Under the pieces are notes generated by a model. It did no database searches. It was not told where the DNA came from and was given only the letters and a program-made list of their open reading frames with translations. From Camelus dromedarius (Eukaryota), in assembly GCF_036321535.1 (NCBI RefSeq), contig NC_087436.1, forward strand, positions 121,026,001 through 121,090,000: a DNA stretch of 64,000 bases. The letters are read 5' to 3'. The translations under genes and the position numbers were made by a program. Shown here piece by piece: positions 12,448 through 25,055 of this stretch (the first letter of the stretch is position 1; each line of letters opens with the position of its first letter).

Positions 12448-14159
12448 AAACAAGGGTTTGTGAAGACCGTTTTGATCTGCAGACACCGTTCTAGTTGCCA
12501 AAGATGCTGCAGCCCGCAGGAGGCAGGCTCCCTGGGCCTGGGGCTCGGAGACCTAAACGAACAGTAACAAGGCCAGCAGGGGAGCCCCGGCAGGAGTGGG
12601 CACTGGCGGCAGCAGGATCAGAGGGAGGGACGACCTTGCTGACGGAGGCAGTCGGCTTAGGGACCTACCGAGGGGAACAGAGGTTGTGTGAAATCAGAGC
12701 CAAGCAGCAGGTGCAAAGGTCCTGAAGCAGGTGAGCTCAGCTGTGAGCCAGCCACTGAGCCACCGATGCTTCTTCCTCTGATCAAGGCCTGGAGCCCCAA
12801 GTCAGGGATTTGTCCCCCTGGAGTGACGCTCTCTCCAGCCATCATCTGGATGGATGGCAGGTGGCCTGGGAGACTGGGGGGCCAGGTTCAGGCCACAGGA
12901 GCAGTCCAGGCAGAAGTGAAGGTGGAGAGGGCCAAGCTGATGGATGGAGGAGGTGAGAAACAGGGACGTTTAAAGTTGAGACCACTGACGGCCAGGTGTG
13001 GGGCTGGGTGTGGGAGGGACTGAGGTTCAGTCCAGGGTTCCGGGTGGAGCCCCCATGCGGCAGACTGCAGAAGAGACCAGCCACTCTCTGACAGTGTTAA
13101 GGTGGGGTACCTGGCAGATGCCTGGTGGAGAAATGAGGGGTCCTGGGGGATGGGGGTTCTGCAGTGCTTCTCACCAGCCAGCAGGAGCAAAAGGATCTGG
13201 GCCCCAGGCCAGCAATCTGTAAATTGTGCTGTAGACCAAAGTTGGGGGGGCACAGGGATGGAGCCCAAGGCCTCTGTGCACAGAGGGGAAACTGAGGCTC
13301 GGGGGGGAGCAGTGCTCTGCTTGAGGTCAGACTCCTCCCAAGACCCCACCCCCCCACTCAGCACCTCTGGAGGCGCCACCTCCCCACACCCCAGCGGCCC
13401 ATATCAGGTCCCTCCTGCGGGCATCCCGCAGGTGGACGCATCGGTACACGCAACGCCAGTCTGGGGCCCGCAACAAGCTTCGGAGCATTGGCTCTTCCTG
13501 CTGCTTCTCTCTGACCCACCAGCCATCTTCGTTTACCAGTGGTCACGTCTTCACCTGCCCAGTCTGGCTGGGCCCAGCAGCCGTCCTTCACACGGCGGCA
13601 CAGATGACAGATCCGGAGACAGGCTCCCAGCTGCCCAGTCAAGCCCAGGGAGGGGCTGCTGCCCGAGGTCACAGAGCCCCAGGCCTCGCCCTCCCTCCAG
13701 CACACTCCGACCTCCGACCTCCGACCTCACTTGGCCCTGGGGGCGAGTGGCATCGCCTGGTTTTCCACATCATTTGATGTCTTGCAAAACATCCTGTCAT
13801 GCAGTCGTTTTTCAGAAGTGATTAGGCTGAGGTTGCTGTGAGTCCTTTCCCTTCCCGGCAGCCCCGGAGGGAGGACCGCAGAAGCACCAGAGGGCGGCGG
13901 GTGGGGCCCACTGACTGACACTCCCCGCCCCCGCGTGGCTCAGCGGGGGGCCCAGCTCCAGGGTTCTGAGCCCAGCATGGCGACCTATGTTTAACAGGGG
14001 ATGACAAACTGCCACCTTTTGGAATGTTCTGGAGCCACTGTGCTCCTCCCACACGGCTCCCTGCTGGGCGCAGGGCCCTGGGGAAGCCCCTTCGGAGGCT
14101 TCCTCCCTAGCCCGGCCCCAGGACGGTGGGAGGTGGGGACCCCGGCCCAGGGAGGCCTC

Positions 14160-14568
14160 TCAGGGCCACCACAAAGGACCACACACTGGCAGGCTTAGAG
14201 CAACCAGAATTAGCTCCCTCACAGCTCTGGGTGCCACGAGTCCAAAGTCAGCAGGGCTGCGCTCCTTCTGGAGGCTCCAGGGGAGGGTCCTTCCCGCCTC
14301 TTCCAGCTCCTGGGGGCTCCAGGCTGCATAACCTCAATCCCCGCCCCTGTCATCCCATGGCCCCCTCCCCTGTGGCTGTGGCTTCTCCTCTCCTCTCTTA
14401 TAAGGACACTTGTCATTGGATTTAGGGCTCATCTGGATAATCCAGAGTGACCTCATTTTTAGATCCTTAACATCTATCTAGACTCTTTTCCAAATAAGAT
14501 CCCACTGGCAGGTTCAGGGGCTGGAATGTGGACATATTTGGTGAGAGGCCACTCTTCAACCCGTGACA
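14160..14568 (-). mobile_element. MaLR solo LTR (MLT1B/C-like)
   Basis: CTCTTATAAGGACACTTGTCATTGGATTTAGGGCTCATCTGGATAATCCAG...TTTCCAAATAAG...TTCAACCCGTGACA terminus. Confidence 0.85.
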
Positions 14569-15269
14569 CCACCCTCGCTGACTGCCACCCAAAGGCAGGA
14601 ACCACGGTGCCCCCAGAATCCTCTTGAATGCTCCCAGAGGCGGCACTCTCACCATCTGACTTCGGAGGAGCTGAGCCCCCTCCCTCTCAGCTGCCCCCAC
14701 AGGCCACGGGGCTCCTGGCGCTGGCATTAGAGATGCTCCTGGGATGCTCAGGTGCCTGTGACACTCACCACCAGCACGCAGGTGACCCTGGCTGGCCGGT
14801 GGCGACCGTGCAGCTCTGTCCACAGGCCTTTCAGAGTGTGGAGTAAAGTCCAGACGGAACGTGCTCCGTGGTCCCCAGTCGGCCTCAAGCAAACCCACAG
14901 GCTCATCAGCTTGCTCAAGATACCAGCACGGGGCTGGGGGAGCCAGCCGAGGCCTCTGTGTCCCCGGGCAGCTGGCAGGGCCTGAGCCTGCCCACCCCGG
15001 TGCCTCGGGCTGACCACAGCGGAGCAGCCTCAGTGACTCAGGGCGTGAAGGACAGTGACAGGGCAGGAGGAGCAGATGTCTCCTTGACCCCAGAGCGCGG
15101 CGCCAGGACCAGCTCAGTAGATAGAGAGCAGGCTAAGCACGGGAGCTGCCAGGGACGCGTGAGCTCCCCATCCCTGGGAGGGTGTGAGCAGAGGCTAAGC
15201 TGATCTCAGGGGGCTGTGTGCAAACAACGAAAATGCATTCAGTATATTGTGCATATATTATGCAATTCA

Positions 15270-15670
15270 TATACATTCAGCCTTAAAAGAAAGGAAATTC
15301 TGACTCATGCCACAACATGGAAGGACCTTAAAGACATTATGCTGCGTGAAAAAAGAAAAAGAACCCAGACACAAAAGGACAAATCCGACATGATTCCGCT
15401 CACATGCGGTCCCTACAGGAGTCAGGTTCATAGGGACAGAAAGTAGAACGGGGGGTGCCGGGGCCGCAGGAGGGAGGAGACGGGCGCGGGTGTCTCACAG
15501 GGACAGTTTCTGATTTCCAGGATGAAGAGTTGCAGGTGGTGGTGACGGCTGCACAATGATGTGAACGTACTTAATGCCACCGAACCGGGCGCTTCAACGG
15601 TCCCCTTAAGATGATGAGAGCAGTAAATTTCAAGTTATGAGTTTTCACCACAATTAACATTTTTTTAAAA
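15270..15670 (+). mobile_element. Old L1 3' end (L1MB-like)
   Basis: ATTCAGCCTTAAAAGAAAGGAAATTCTGACTCATGCCACAACATGG (ORF translation LKRKEILTHATTWKDLKDIMLRE), then 3' UTR GTGAACGTACTTAATGCCACCGAAC...TTTTCACCACAAT. Confidence 0.85.
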
Positions 15671-17974
15671 AGTGCATTCACAGGCCCCCACAAGGCAGAC
15701 TGGCTGCTGGTTGCTGAGGGTGCCGCCGGGAGCCAGCCCTGCTCTGGGGACTTGTGGTCTGATGGGGGAGGCAGGCCAGGACAGGGGCGATGAAGGCGCA
15801 GAGGGGAGAGTGCTGGGGGGCGGGGCAAGGGGCACCAGGAAGTGTGGAGGAAGCCTGAGGGATGGGTGGGCTGCTGGGGAGGGGTGAGCTCCAGCTCGGG
15901 TCCGGGAAGGGGCTGAGCGGCAAAAACACACACGGGGAAGAGCTCAGAGTAGAACCGAGCCCAGCACACGTGGAGAGCCGAACCCACCCCAGGCAGTGAC
16001 AGCGGGCGGCTGCAGGAAGGGGCCGCATCCCAGGAGGGACCAGGAGCCAGGTGGGCGGCCGGCCCCCCCGGGAGGAATAGGTGAGCCACCAGAGCCCCCT
16101 GGTGCCGGGCACCGTCTGAATCAGCCCTCACGCCCCACCCCACACAAACGCCCATGGCAATGGGTCCTCCCACCCCCGTGTCACAGGTGCGTCTCAGCGA
16201 GGGTGGAGTCCACCGAGGCGGAGACACTGTGCTATGAGCAGTGAGACGGAACGTTCACCCGTAAGAGCGGATACTGGGTGACGGGCCTGAACGGGGATGC
16301 AGGTCCGCCTGCAGACTCCAGAGGCCCCGCCATGTGACAGGCAGGGAGAGCCCCGATGGCCCTGCGTCCAGAGCAGCCACCCTGACCATGTGCTCCGTCC
16401 ACCCAGCAGGTAGGACCCGGGCTCCCCGCAGAGCCAGCCCAGACTGTCTCCCGGGAGCTGCACAGCCAAGCCTGACGAAGGGGTGAGACTGTCCTACCCC
16501 CGGGCCGAGGGCCTTCCGTGCACCTGAGTGTGGACAAACTGTCTGGGCCGTTTCTTTCTCACCCAAGGACCAGGAATAGAAAAGGCACCAGCGCAGGGCC
16601 TTTGGAAAACACCGCAGGTCAAGGCAGACAGAACCTCGTCTTAGGAGCCTCGGAGGAAGCTGTGCCCTGAAGATGGCTAGTCACGGGAGCCAGAGGTGCA
16701 GTTTTGGGAACCTTCGGAGGGATGCAGGCGAGACCCGGTGAACAACACAGAGAGGGGCTAATGTGAGGGCAAAGCTGGTGGTGGCGGCACCGCCCCGGAA
16801 CCAGAAGGATGCAGAACCAACACAGGAGAAAACAAAATCAGGGGTGCGGGACGGATGGAAGGGGGAGATGCGAGACCTTGACCAGAAGGGATGCTGAGGT
16901 CCAACAGGGAGGGGCAGAGCTCCGAGGAGGCAGGCAGAGCAACTGGGGGACAAACAGTGACCTGCAGCGGATGCCTGCGGCTGGTGGCACAGGCATTGGG
17001 GAGACGGGCCAGGGTCGTGGACACACAGATAAACAAACCGATTCAAGAGAACCCAGACCCGCACAGGTCCCTGACCCAGAATCACCGTGCCGTACGCAGC
17101 AGGCGGAGAAACAAACGCCATCAGGGGAGGTCAGGAAAAGGACCCAGGAACCCCGTTCCCAGCCTGGTTGTCTTCCTGTCCCCAAGATCAGAAGGGCTTC
17201 CGGGAGTAACAGCAGACACGTTGTCTTTCTCACCAACAGCCTCCTGGAAAGACCCATTTGCAGATAAGCCCCACCCACTGAGGGATGATTGCAAAGCTAA
17301 GAATGCAGTCCTCCAACCCCGGGCTGGGGCCCCAGTGGGAGCACGTGGTCGGTGAGGCTGGTGCCGCTCGGCCGTCCACTTCTCTGCACTGACTCTCGGC
17401 ACTTTTTACCAAATGTGCTTCTGACCACTTGACGTTGTCCTCTTCTAGGTTAAAATAATGTATGGTTCATCCTGACACCTGACCTTGCACTTCAGAGAGA
17501 ATTTCCTTCCACATCCAATGATACCTTATTTTTCAACCTGGTGCCAGATTCTTCAATCTCTGAGCCATTGGGAGGCAAGGGCACCCCATCAGGAACAATT
17601 ACTGATCAGAATATTTTGGTTTTTACCCTTAAAAAACAATTACACTGAGTCACGTCATGTCCATTTTTATTGCCACGGCACTCGAGTCTCAACGACTTCC
17701 TGCCAGTGATGTTCTAACTTATATTTAATGACAGGAGTCATAGGTTGTTTTTGCATCAAAAGGCAATAATTCTCCCAGGGACAGATCATAGCCACTCTCA
17801 CCACTTATCAGTCTCTGCCTCATGTCATCGTACTGTCTTTTCAATTATGCCTTAAAGTCACCACACGCAGGGTGTTCTCAGTAGTACATCATCGGGCAGA
17901 AGACACATTAAACAAATAAAAGACTAACTAAAATGTAGAACCACAAACAAAAAGCAACAACATAAGAAAACAGA

Positions 17975-18870
17975 AGAAAAGGCACAAAAGCAAAAATAAA
18001 CAAGTGGGACTACATCAAACTGAAAACCTTCTGCACAGCAAAGGAACCAAAAACAAAGTGACAAGGCAACCTACCAGATGGGAGCAAACATTTGCAAAAC
18101 ATATCCGCTCCAAGGCTAATACTCAAAAAACATAAAGAACTTGTACAACTCAAAGGCGAAAAAACGAACAATCCAATTGAAAAATGGGCAGAGGAGCTGA
18201 ATAGACATTTTTCCGAAAGAAGATGTACAGATGGCCAACAGGTACATGAAAATGCTGCACATCGCTAATTATAGGGAAACGCAAATCAAAACCACAGTGA
18301 GCTAATGCCTCGCACACGGTAGAAGGGCTGTTAAGGATGTGGAGAAACTGGAATCCTCATGCACTGTTGGTGGGAATGTAAACTGGTGCAGCTGCTGTGG
18401 AGAAGAGTATGGAGGTTTCTCAAAAAAATTAAAAATAGAACCACCCTGTGACCCAGCAATTCCACTTTTGAATATTTATCCAAAGAAAATAAAAACACTA
18501 ACTCGGGAAGATATCTGCACCCCTATGTTCATTGAAGCATCATTCACAACAGCCGAGACATAAAAGCAACCCCTGTGTCCATAAGTGGATGAAAGGATAA
18601 AGACGTGGTGTATACATACATGGAATATTACTCAGCCATAAAAAAGAATGAAATCTCGCCAATTGTGACAACATGGATGGACCGCGAGGGCATTATGCTA
18701 CGTGAAGTAAGTCAGACAGAGAAACAAACACCATGTGGTCTCACTCATATGCGGAATCTAAAAATAAAAATAAAAACAAACAAAAAAACAATACAAGTTC
18801 ATAGATACAGAGAATAGATTGGTGGTTACCGGGGCAGAGGGGAGGATGGAAAAAAATGAGTGAAGGGATT
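17975..18870 (+). mobile_element. L1 ORF2 C-terminus plus 3' UTR (L1MA-like), 5'-truncated and decayed
   Basis: AAAATAAACAAGTGGGACTACATCAAACT; ORF-track peptides '[11 protein letters not shown]...[12 protein letters not shown]...CTPMFI' and 'MEYYSAIKKNEI...TTWMD' are L1 ORF2 C-terminal motifs; multiple stops/frameshifts. Confidence 0.92.
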
Positions 18871-19135
18871 AAAAGCTTAAAATATATATATATATAGTTT
18901 AATATTTAAAAAAATTAAAAGGCTGTACTAAAATATATCTCAAAATCAATAGGTTATTCCTACATGAAGAAATTCTGCAACATTTTATCTTTCTTTCTTT
19001 ATTCCTTTCTTTTTCTTTCTTTTTCTTTCTTTCTTTCCCTCATAATTTTCTATACATTCCAATTTTTCAGTAGTACATATGTATTTTTATAGCAGAAAGC
19101 ATATTTTTGCACGTGAATTCAGAGATGTATATAGA

Positions 19136-19420
19136 TGTGGAGTAGACAGTGGGGCCCCCCCTTAGCTGCTGCGGTGTTGGCTGATCACTCACAGCTGCTC
19201 TGTCCCCAGAGTGATGCCCTCCACCAAAAGGGGCACCGGCCCAGGGAGTCCGTCCTCCGGTACCAGCAGGCCTGGCGTGCAGCTGACCCCTTGGGGCTAC
19301 AGTGGGGCAGCCCAGCTCTCACACCTGCTCCCCGAGGGGTCAGCCAAGACCGCTTTCTGGCTTCTATGCCAGGTCCTGCTCCCCTCCTCCCCCTGTCCTG
19401 AGAGCACCCCCCATAAATCA
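19136..19420 (+). mobile_element. ERVL LTR16-like solo LTR
   Basis: AGCTGCTGCGGTGTTGGCTGATCACTCACAGCTG...TGCCCTC...CCTGAGAGCACCCCCATAAA resembles the recalled LTR16 consensus. Confidence 0.5.
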
Positions 19421-21323
19421 CACGATGGGGAAGGTCGCGGCCACGGGGCGGCCTTGAGAATTGAGAGAGAGGCGGCGGCTGGCACGCAGTGGGGCTCACC
19501 AAACACCAGTGTCGCGGGTGTCCTGGGGCTCAGGGAGGGGCTGAGCTCATCCCCATGGGCCACGTTCCCCCCAAGCCCTGCTGGCCCGGGGCCGAGAGCT
19601 ATGAGCCCTCCCGCAGAGGGTCCGCTCTCCATCCCCGGGCCCCCCAGGCCCCCCAGGCTCCCCCAGACCCCCCAGGCTCCAGGGACAGGGTGGGAACGGG
19701 GGGCATGAGCCACTGCCCCCAGCTGCGCACAGGTGTGTCTGCTGTGTCGTCCACTGGGACGGGGCTGTGATCGAGGCCCAGGGACTCTCCCAGAGAGCGA
19801 GCAGCCCCCGTGAACGCACCAAAGCTGTTTCCTAGAAAGCCCCTCCCCCAGTTAGCAGAGGGGGAATCAGGCCATGCTGCGGCTTTGTCAGAGCTGGGTC
19901 TCTTCAAGGACATAACGAAGCCCCTCTGGTCGGAGCAGGGGTCTGTGGACGGGCCCGACCCCCAGCACACAGCCCTGCCCGGGGCCGGGGGCCGCGGGGG
20001 TGGTGAGGCCTCGGTCACCCACGTTCACTCTGCGCAGTGTCTGGAATGAGCCTTGAGTTTTACAAACATTTTAAGCCCATCATTTTCAACAAGCATAAAA
20101 TTCATACAAGAGTTGACCGTTCTAGTAAAAAGAGGCCCCAAATTACCACAGAAACGAAAGGACGGGGTTTTAAAAATAGACACTGATAAGAAAAAGGACA
20201 AATGCTGTGCGTGTGTTGGGGTGACTCATTTGACGGCAGCAGTGACTCCTGAGACGAGGGTGAGTCACACCTCATGGGAGGGGCTGCTGTCCTCAGGACC
20301 CTGGGGGACCCCCGGAACTTGTGTCCATGTGCCCGAGGCCAGGGCCGGCTCCCTGATGGAAAACCGGGAGGGAGCTGGGGTCCAGCCAGTGCTCAAAGGC
20401 CAGACAGCCCTACGGTGCTGCCAGGGAACTTCCAGGGCCCCCACGGGCTCCTGGCCAGAGTCACACACCCTGGTCGTGAGGCCTTGGCCAAGCTCGGTGC
20501 ACACCTCACTCACTCATTCATTCATTCCTCTCTCGTGCGCCAGGCATTGTCCTGGGCTCTGGGACCCCACAGGGGGTGACATCCTCAGGGAGTGTGGGTC
20601 TTGAGTTCTGGGAGCCTGCTATCACTCCTTTTGGGGAGAAATTGTCCAGGCTCACGACCCAAGGATGAAACTAACCTCCTGGTCAGCGGGGAACATCTCA
20701 GAAGCTCCTGGATGATTCTACAGCTCCAGGCAATGCTGCTGTCCAGAAAGTTAAGAGCAGGGAAGATGAAGGAAGAGGTGCCCCAGGGAGATTTAGAAGA
20801 GCCATTCCCAAAGCCCGGGGCCACCTTGGACGCTGAGTCCCTTACCGGAGGAACGAGACCCACACTTGACTGATCGTCACGTCATTTTCCAGGACCAGGG
20901 ATAGAGGCTCGGAGATGGGAGGAAACCGAAGCAGTCGTGCAAAGGACAGCAACATGGAGGTGTTGACAGAAGCGAGCGTGGAGAGCATGAGCCAGCACGG
21001 CCTTCAGGACACTGAGGAAGACGATCCTCACCTTGGACTCCTCGCCCTGGCCAAGTTCGCCTCAAGTGTGACTGCCGTTCTCAGACTCACAGTGCTGCTG
21101 CCTGGGGCAGACCCAGAAGTGTGCAGCCGGGAGGGTGGAGAGCAGGCGAGGGGCGCCCAGGGCGAGACCCAGGCCGGCCGCCCGCCCACGCTGGAGCAGG
21201 AGGACGGGACCAGGGCAGCTGCCCCGGGCACCGAGGGATGAGGGTCTGGTACCTAGGACATCCTATTGAAGGGTGTCCAGTACGTCTGTCGGGGTTTCTT
21301 GAAGGAAAAAACTTGACAGATAC

Positions 21324-21735
21324 TGTGATGGTCGGTTTTATGTGTCAGCTTGGCCAGGCCAGTCTCCAGTGATTTAATCAGACGTTTGTCTCGATAGAGT
21401 TGTGCAGGGACTTTGTAAACATGGTTCACATCTATAATCAGTCAACATCAGTCAAAGAGATTACCCTCCATGATATATGGGCCTCGTCCAATCAGTTGAA
21501 GGCCTTATGAGCAAACCCCGAGGCTTCCTGGAGGAGGAGGAATTTCTGCCTCAAGATTGCAGTGTTGGCTCCTGCTTGAGTTTCTAGCCTGCAGGCCGGC
21601 TTTACTGGCTTCAGATTTACTCAGTTAGAGCCCACAAAGTCAATTCTCTGGGGGGAAAAACCCTCTTTACATACACATGAATCTCTTTATATACATTAAT
21701 CTCTGCAACACACTGTTCCTCACGGGAACCCCACT
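21324..21735 (+). mobile_element. ERVL solo LTR (MLT2C/D-like)
   Basis: Starts TGTGATGGTCGGTTTTATGTGTCAGCTTGGCCAGGCC; contains AGATTACCCTCCATGAT...GGGCCTCGTCCAATCAGTTGAAGGCCTT and TTCTGCCTCAAGATTGCA. Confidence 0.85.
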
Positions 21736-21748
21736 GTGGTAAGTATGC

Positions 21749-21885
21749 CCTCATTTTACACACTCTACAGACGGGGAAACAGAGGCCCAGAGAGGCTTAG
21801 GAACTCACCCCTGGCCACACAGCTGCCAGTGGCAGAGGCGGGGTTCAAACCCAGGCAGCCTGGCCTCGGGGCCCCAATCCTGACC
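21749..21885 (-). mobile_element. MIR SINE core
   Basis: ACAGACGGGGAAACAGAGGCCCAGAGAGG...CACACAGCT...GGGTTCAAACCCAGGCAG is the antisense MIR core. Confidence 0.8.
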
Positions 21886-22899
21886 ACAGTCAAGAGATGT
21901 GACCTCAGATTGTGACGAGACAACTGAAAAGGAGGGGGAGGAGAGGCGCATCTAGAAAAGCTGTGACCTCAGCTACCGCCTCAGGTGTCAAGGATAGTAA
22001 TCCAATCCCCCAGCAGGCAGAACGAGCATATTATGCAGTGAGGAGAAGCTGGGGGCGTGATGGGTGTGGCCCCTTCCTGTCCATCCCGGACCCGCTGACT
22101 ACATCCCGGGAGCACCTGGGAAGGCGGGTGAGTCACAGTCCCCAGGGCCCTCTGGAGCTGCCAGCTGCCCCCTCCGGTCCGTGTGCTCACAGGCTCCCCG
22201 CTGTGTTCTGCTGCTTCCGTCTGCATTGCCCTCACCCTGGCGGCTTCAAAACCTGCCCCAGGGCTGCCGGATTTGGCCCGGTCTCAGTCCGCGCCTCCGC
22301 AACCTGAGCTTTCTCCCTGAGTCCTCTCCCTGGATCTGGGTGTGCAGGTGGCTCCCCACATCCAGCCCTCTGCCTCCCCCACAGACCCACACCCTCTGGA
22401 CCCCCTGCCGAGCCTGCCCCCTTCTGCCTGTGTCATCCGTCAAAGCCCAGGGGTCCTCCCAGATTCATTTCCCCACTTGTTTCCAACGCTTGCCTGGGCG
22501 CTGCAGTGCGTGAATAGCCCTGAGCATGCCCCACGTGTCCCCCTGCCCTGCACTCCCCGGTCCTCCTCCTGGGGCTTCATCCTCACCCACATCGCACACC
22601 TGCTCTGGAACATCACTGAGCTCCCCACGACCTGCCAAACACAGTTTGGCCCCCAGGATTAAGCCCCATTTGCCACGGAAGCCTTCAGCCTCTCTGCGCC
22701 AGGTGGGTGGTATACCCATGGTGCTCTGAAAACATCCCTAGCTTTCCGACCTCTGACCTGTTCACTCGCCCTCCCTGACTCCCATGTGCTGTCCATCTTA
22801 GACCGCAGTCACGCCTCCCACCGGCTTCCCAGGGAGCCTCATGCCCCCTCGGCTGACCCCACAGACTTTGTAGGAGGAAGCAGCAGTGTCGCAGGTTCC

Positions 22900-23050
22900 C
22901 AGACCCGGTTGGAACCCAGGCTCTCCTGCTTTCTGCCTGTGTGTCAACGGCCAAGTCATTGCACCGCTCTGAAACTCAGTTTCCTCATCTTTAAAATCAG
23001 GGAAATAATTTATAGCACCATGAGGGGCTGTGAAAATTCGATGAAATGAC
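22900..23050 (+). mobile_element. MIR SINE core
   Basis: GGCCAAGTCATTGCACCGCTCTGAAACTCAGTTTCCTCATCTTTAAAATCAGGGAAATAAT. Confidence 0.8.
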
Positions 23051-23444
23051 ACGCATCCACCTTTGCAGGGGCTGAGACGAGGCAGTGCGAGTGAAACAGA
23101 AGTTTTCCCCGGCCTGAGAATTTGGCCCTAAGCATGGACCTCCCAGGGAGCAGGGCGTCCTGCCGTCCCAGGTGGCTGCAAACACCTGGAGAAGGGAGGG
23201 TGTCCGTCCTGTGGGCTCAGCGCCACCTGACCCCTGGCGGAACCAGGGGTCCTGGTGAGTGACCAGGGGCTCGCCCTCCTTCCTCTTCAGCTTCTGGAAG
23301 AGAACGTGTACATTGGCGCTCTTTCTTCCTTGCGCGTGGGAAGGAGTCACCAGTGACTCCTGTGGGACTGGAGTTCGCTTTATGGAAACGCTGTGACCAG
23401 GAACGCAGGTCCTTTAACGCAGGTGTGGCTACCCAGGTGCTGTT

Positions 23445-25055
23445 TCTTCTCAAGTGAGTTTAACAGTTTGTATCTTTCAAGGAACATGTTGTCTGATTTA
23501 CTGGCCCAAGTTGCTCATAACAGTCCCTTGTTATCGTTCAAGTATCTGTGGAACTAGTGGTGATACCAGCTCCCTCGGTCCTGGTGTTGGTAACGTGCGT
23601 CCTTCTTTTTCTCCCCGATCACTCTGGCTGGAGGTGATCAACTGTATCGATCTTCCAAAGAACCACTTCTGGTTTCACTCATTTTCTCTCTTGCTTTCCC
23701 GTTTCCTATTCCACTGATTTCTGCTCTTCTGTTTGTTTTTTCCTCCCTCCTGATTACGTTGTGTCCAATTTGTTCTTCCCGTTTCTTGAGGTGGGAGTTG
23801 AGTTTGTGGATTTGAGAGCTGTCATCTCTTCTAACACAGGAATTCCCGCGAAATTCCGCTTGAGTTGCATCCCGTCAGTTCTGCTGTGCTGTTGTTCCAA
23901 ATGCGTTCTCTCTTTTTTTTTTTTTTTTGTCTTTTTCCTTTTTTATTATCCTTTTCAAGACATGCAGGTGGAGCCCTATATAAGATAAAGATGTGGTGTA
24001 TGTATGTACGCACACACACATATACACACAATGGAACACTACTCAGCCATAAAAAAGAATGAAATTATGCCATTTGCAGCAACGTGGATGGACCTAAGAT
24101 GATCATAGTAAGTGAAGTCAGTCAGGCAGAGAAAGACAAACACCATATTATATCATTTATATTGGAATCTTAAAAAAAAATGGTACAAGTTCTATCTACA
24201 AACCAAAATAGACTCACAGACATAGAAAACAAACTATGGTTACCAGAGGGGAAAGGGCAGGGGAGGATTAAATTACAAGTTTGGGATTAACAGATACATG
24301 TTACTATATATAAAATAAACAACAAGGAGCTACTGTGCAGCACGGGGAACTATATTCAGTTTCTTGCAATAACCTATATGGAAAGGAATCTGAAAAGAAA
24401 ATATATCTATGCACATATATATATAACTGAACCGCTTTGCTGTACACCTGGAACTAACATTGTAGATAACTGCATTTCAATAAACAATAAAATTTTTTAA
24501 AAATACGTTCTGACTTTCTGATTTCTTCTTTGATTCAAGAGCTATGTGGAAGTGTTAGTTGGTTTCCAAACGTTCAGGGCTGTCCGGACAGCGTTCTGCT
24601 GAATTTTCATTCAGTGCCATTGTGTCCAGAGGACTACTTCAAATCATTTGAATCCTTTTAAATTACCGAGGCTTGTCATACGACTCGAATCTGGTCTGTC
24701 GTGGTGAACGCTGTGTGGGTGCTTGGAAAGAACGCACCTGCTCCGCTGCGGGGCAGGGCGTCTGTCGATGCCGAGTAGATCAGTGGGTCGAGGGAGCAGC
24801 CCCAGGCTCCGGGTCCCTGCTGACTCTCTGCCCACCTGTGTCCGTATCTGACAGACCGGCTTCATCTCCTCTTACAACTGTGGCTTTATCATCTTGTAGA
24901 TTTTTCAGGTTTTCCTTCGAGTACTGTGAAGTTCTGTTATAACGTGCACACACTCTCAGGATTATAATACTGTCTTGGTGAACTGACCGCCGTATCTTTA
25001 TGAAATGACCCTCCTTAACTCTTCTAATGCTCTTTGCTCTGAAATCTGCGTTGCC
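23445..25055 (-). mobile_element. Old antisense L1 ORF2 (endonuclease and downstream region), interrupted by an insertion at 23910-24500
   Basis: Minus ORF 24780-25061 reads 'ADFRAKSIRRVKEGHFIKIRRSVHQDSIIILRVCARYNRTSQY...ATVVRGD', matching the L1 APE-like endonuclease ([36 protein letters not shown]...TIIVGD); 23630-23700 matches the 'KSWFFEKINKIDKPL' region. Confidence 0.85.
23984..24500 (+). mobile_element. Cetartiodactyl-type L1 3' end (L1_Art-like) nested in the older L1
   Basis: TACTCAGCCATAAAAAAGAATGAAATTATGCCATTTGCAGCAAC...GACTCACAGACATAGAAAACAAACT...TTTGCTGTACACCTGGAACTAAC; TSD AAATGCGTTCT (23899-23909) / AAATACGTTCT (24501-24511). Confidence 0.9.

Noticed and set aside
20592..21241. 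Coding-looking peptides (MGGNRSSRAKDSNMEVLTEASVESM..., KMKEEVPQGDLEEPFPK)
   Set aside because: No protein recognised, no consistent exon chain, and no poly(A) or TSD to suggest a retrocopy; BLASTX would be needed.
23342..23361. Perfect 9-bp inverted repeat AGGAGTCAC-CA-GTGACTCCT (and the 8-bp stem at 36209-36230)
   Set aside because: Short hairpins of this size are plausible by chance in 64 kb, and there is no supporting context.
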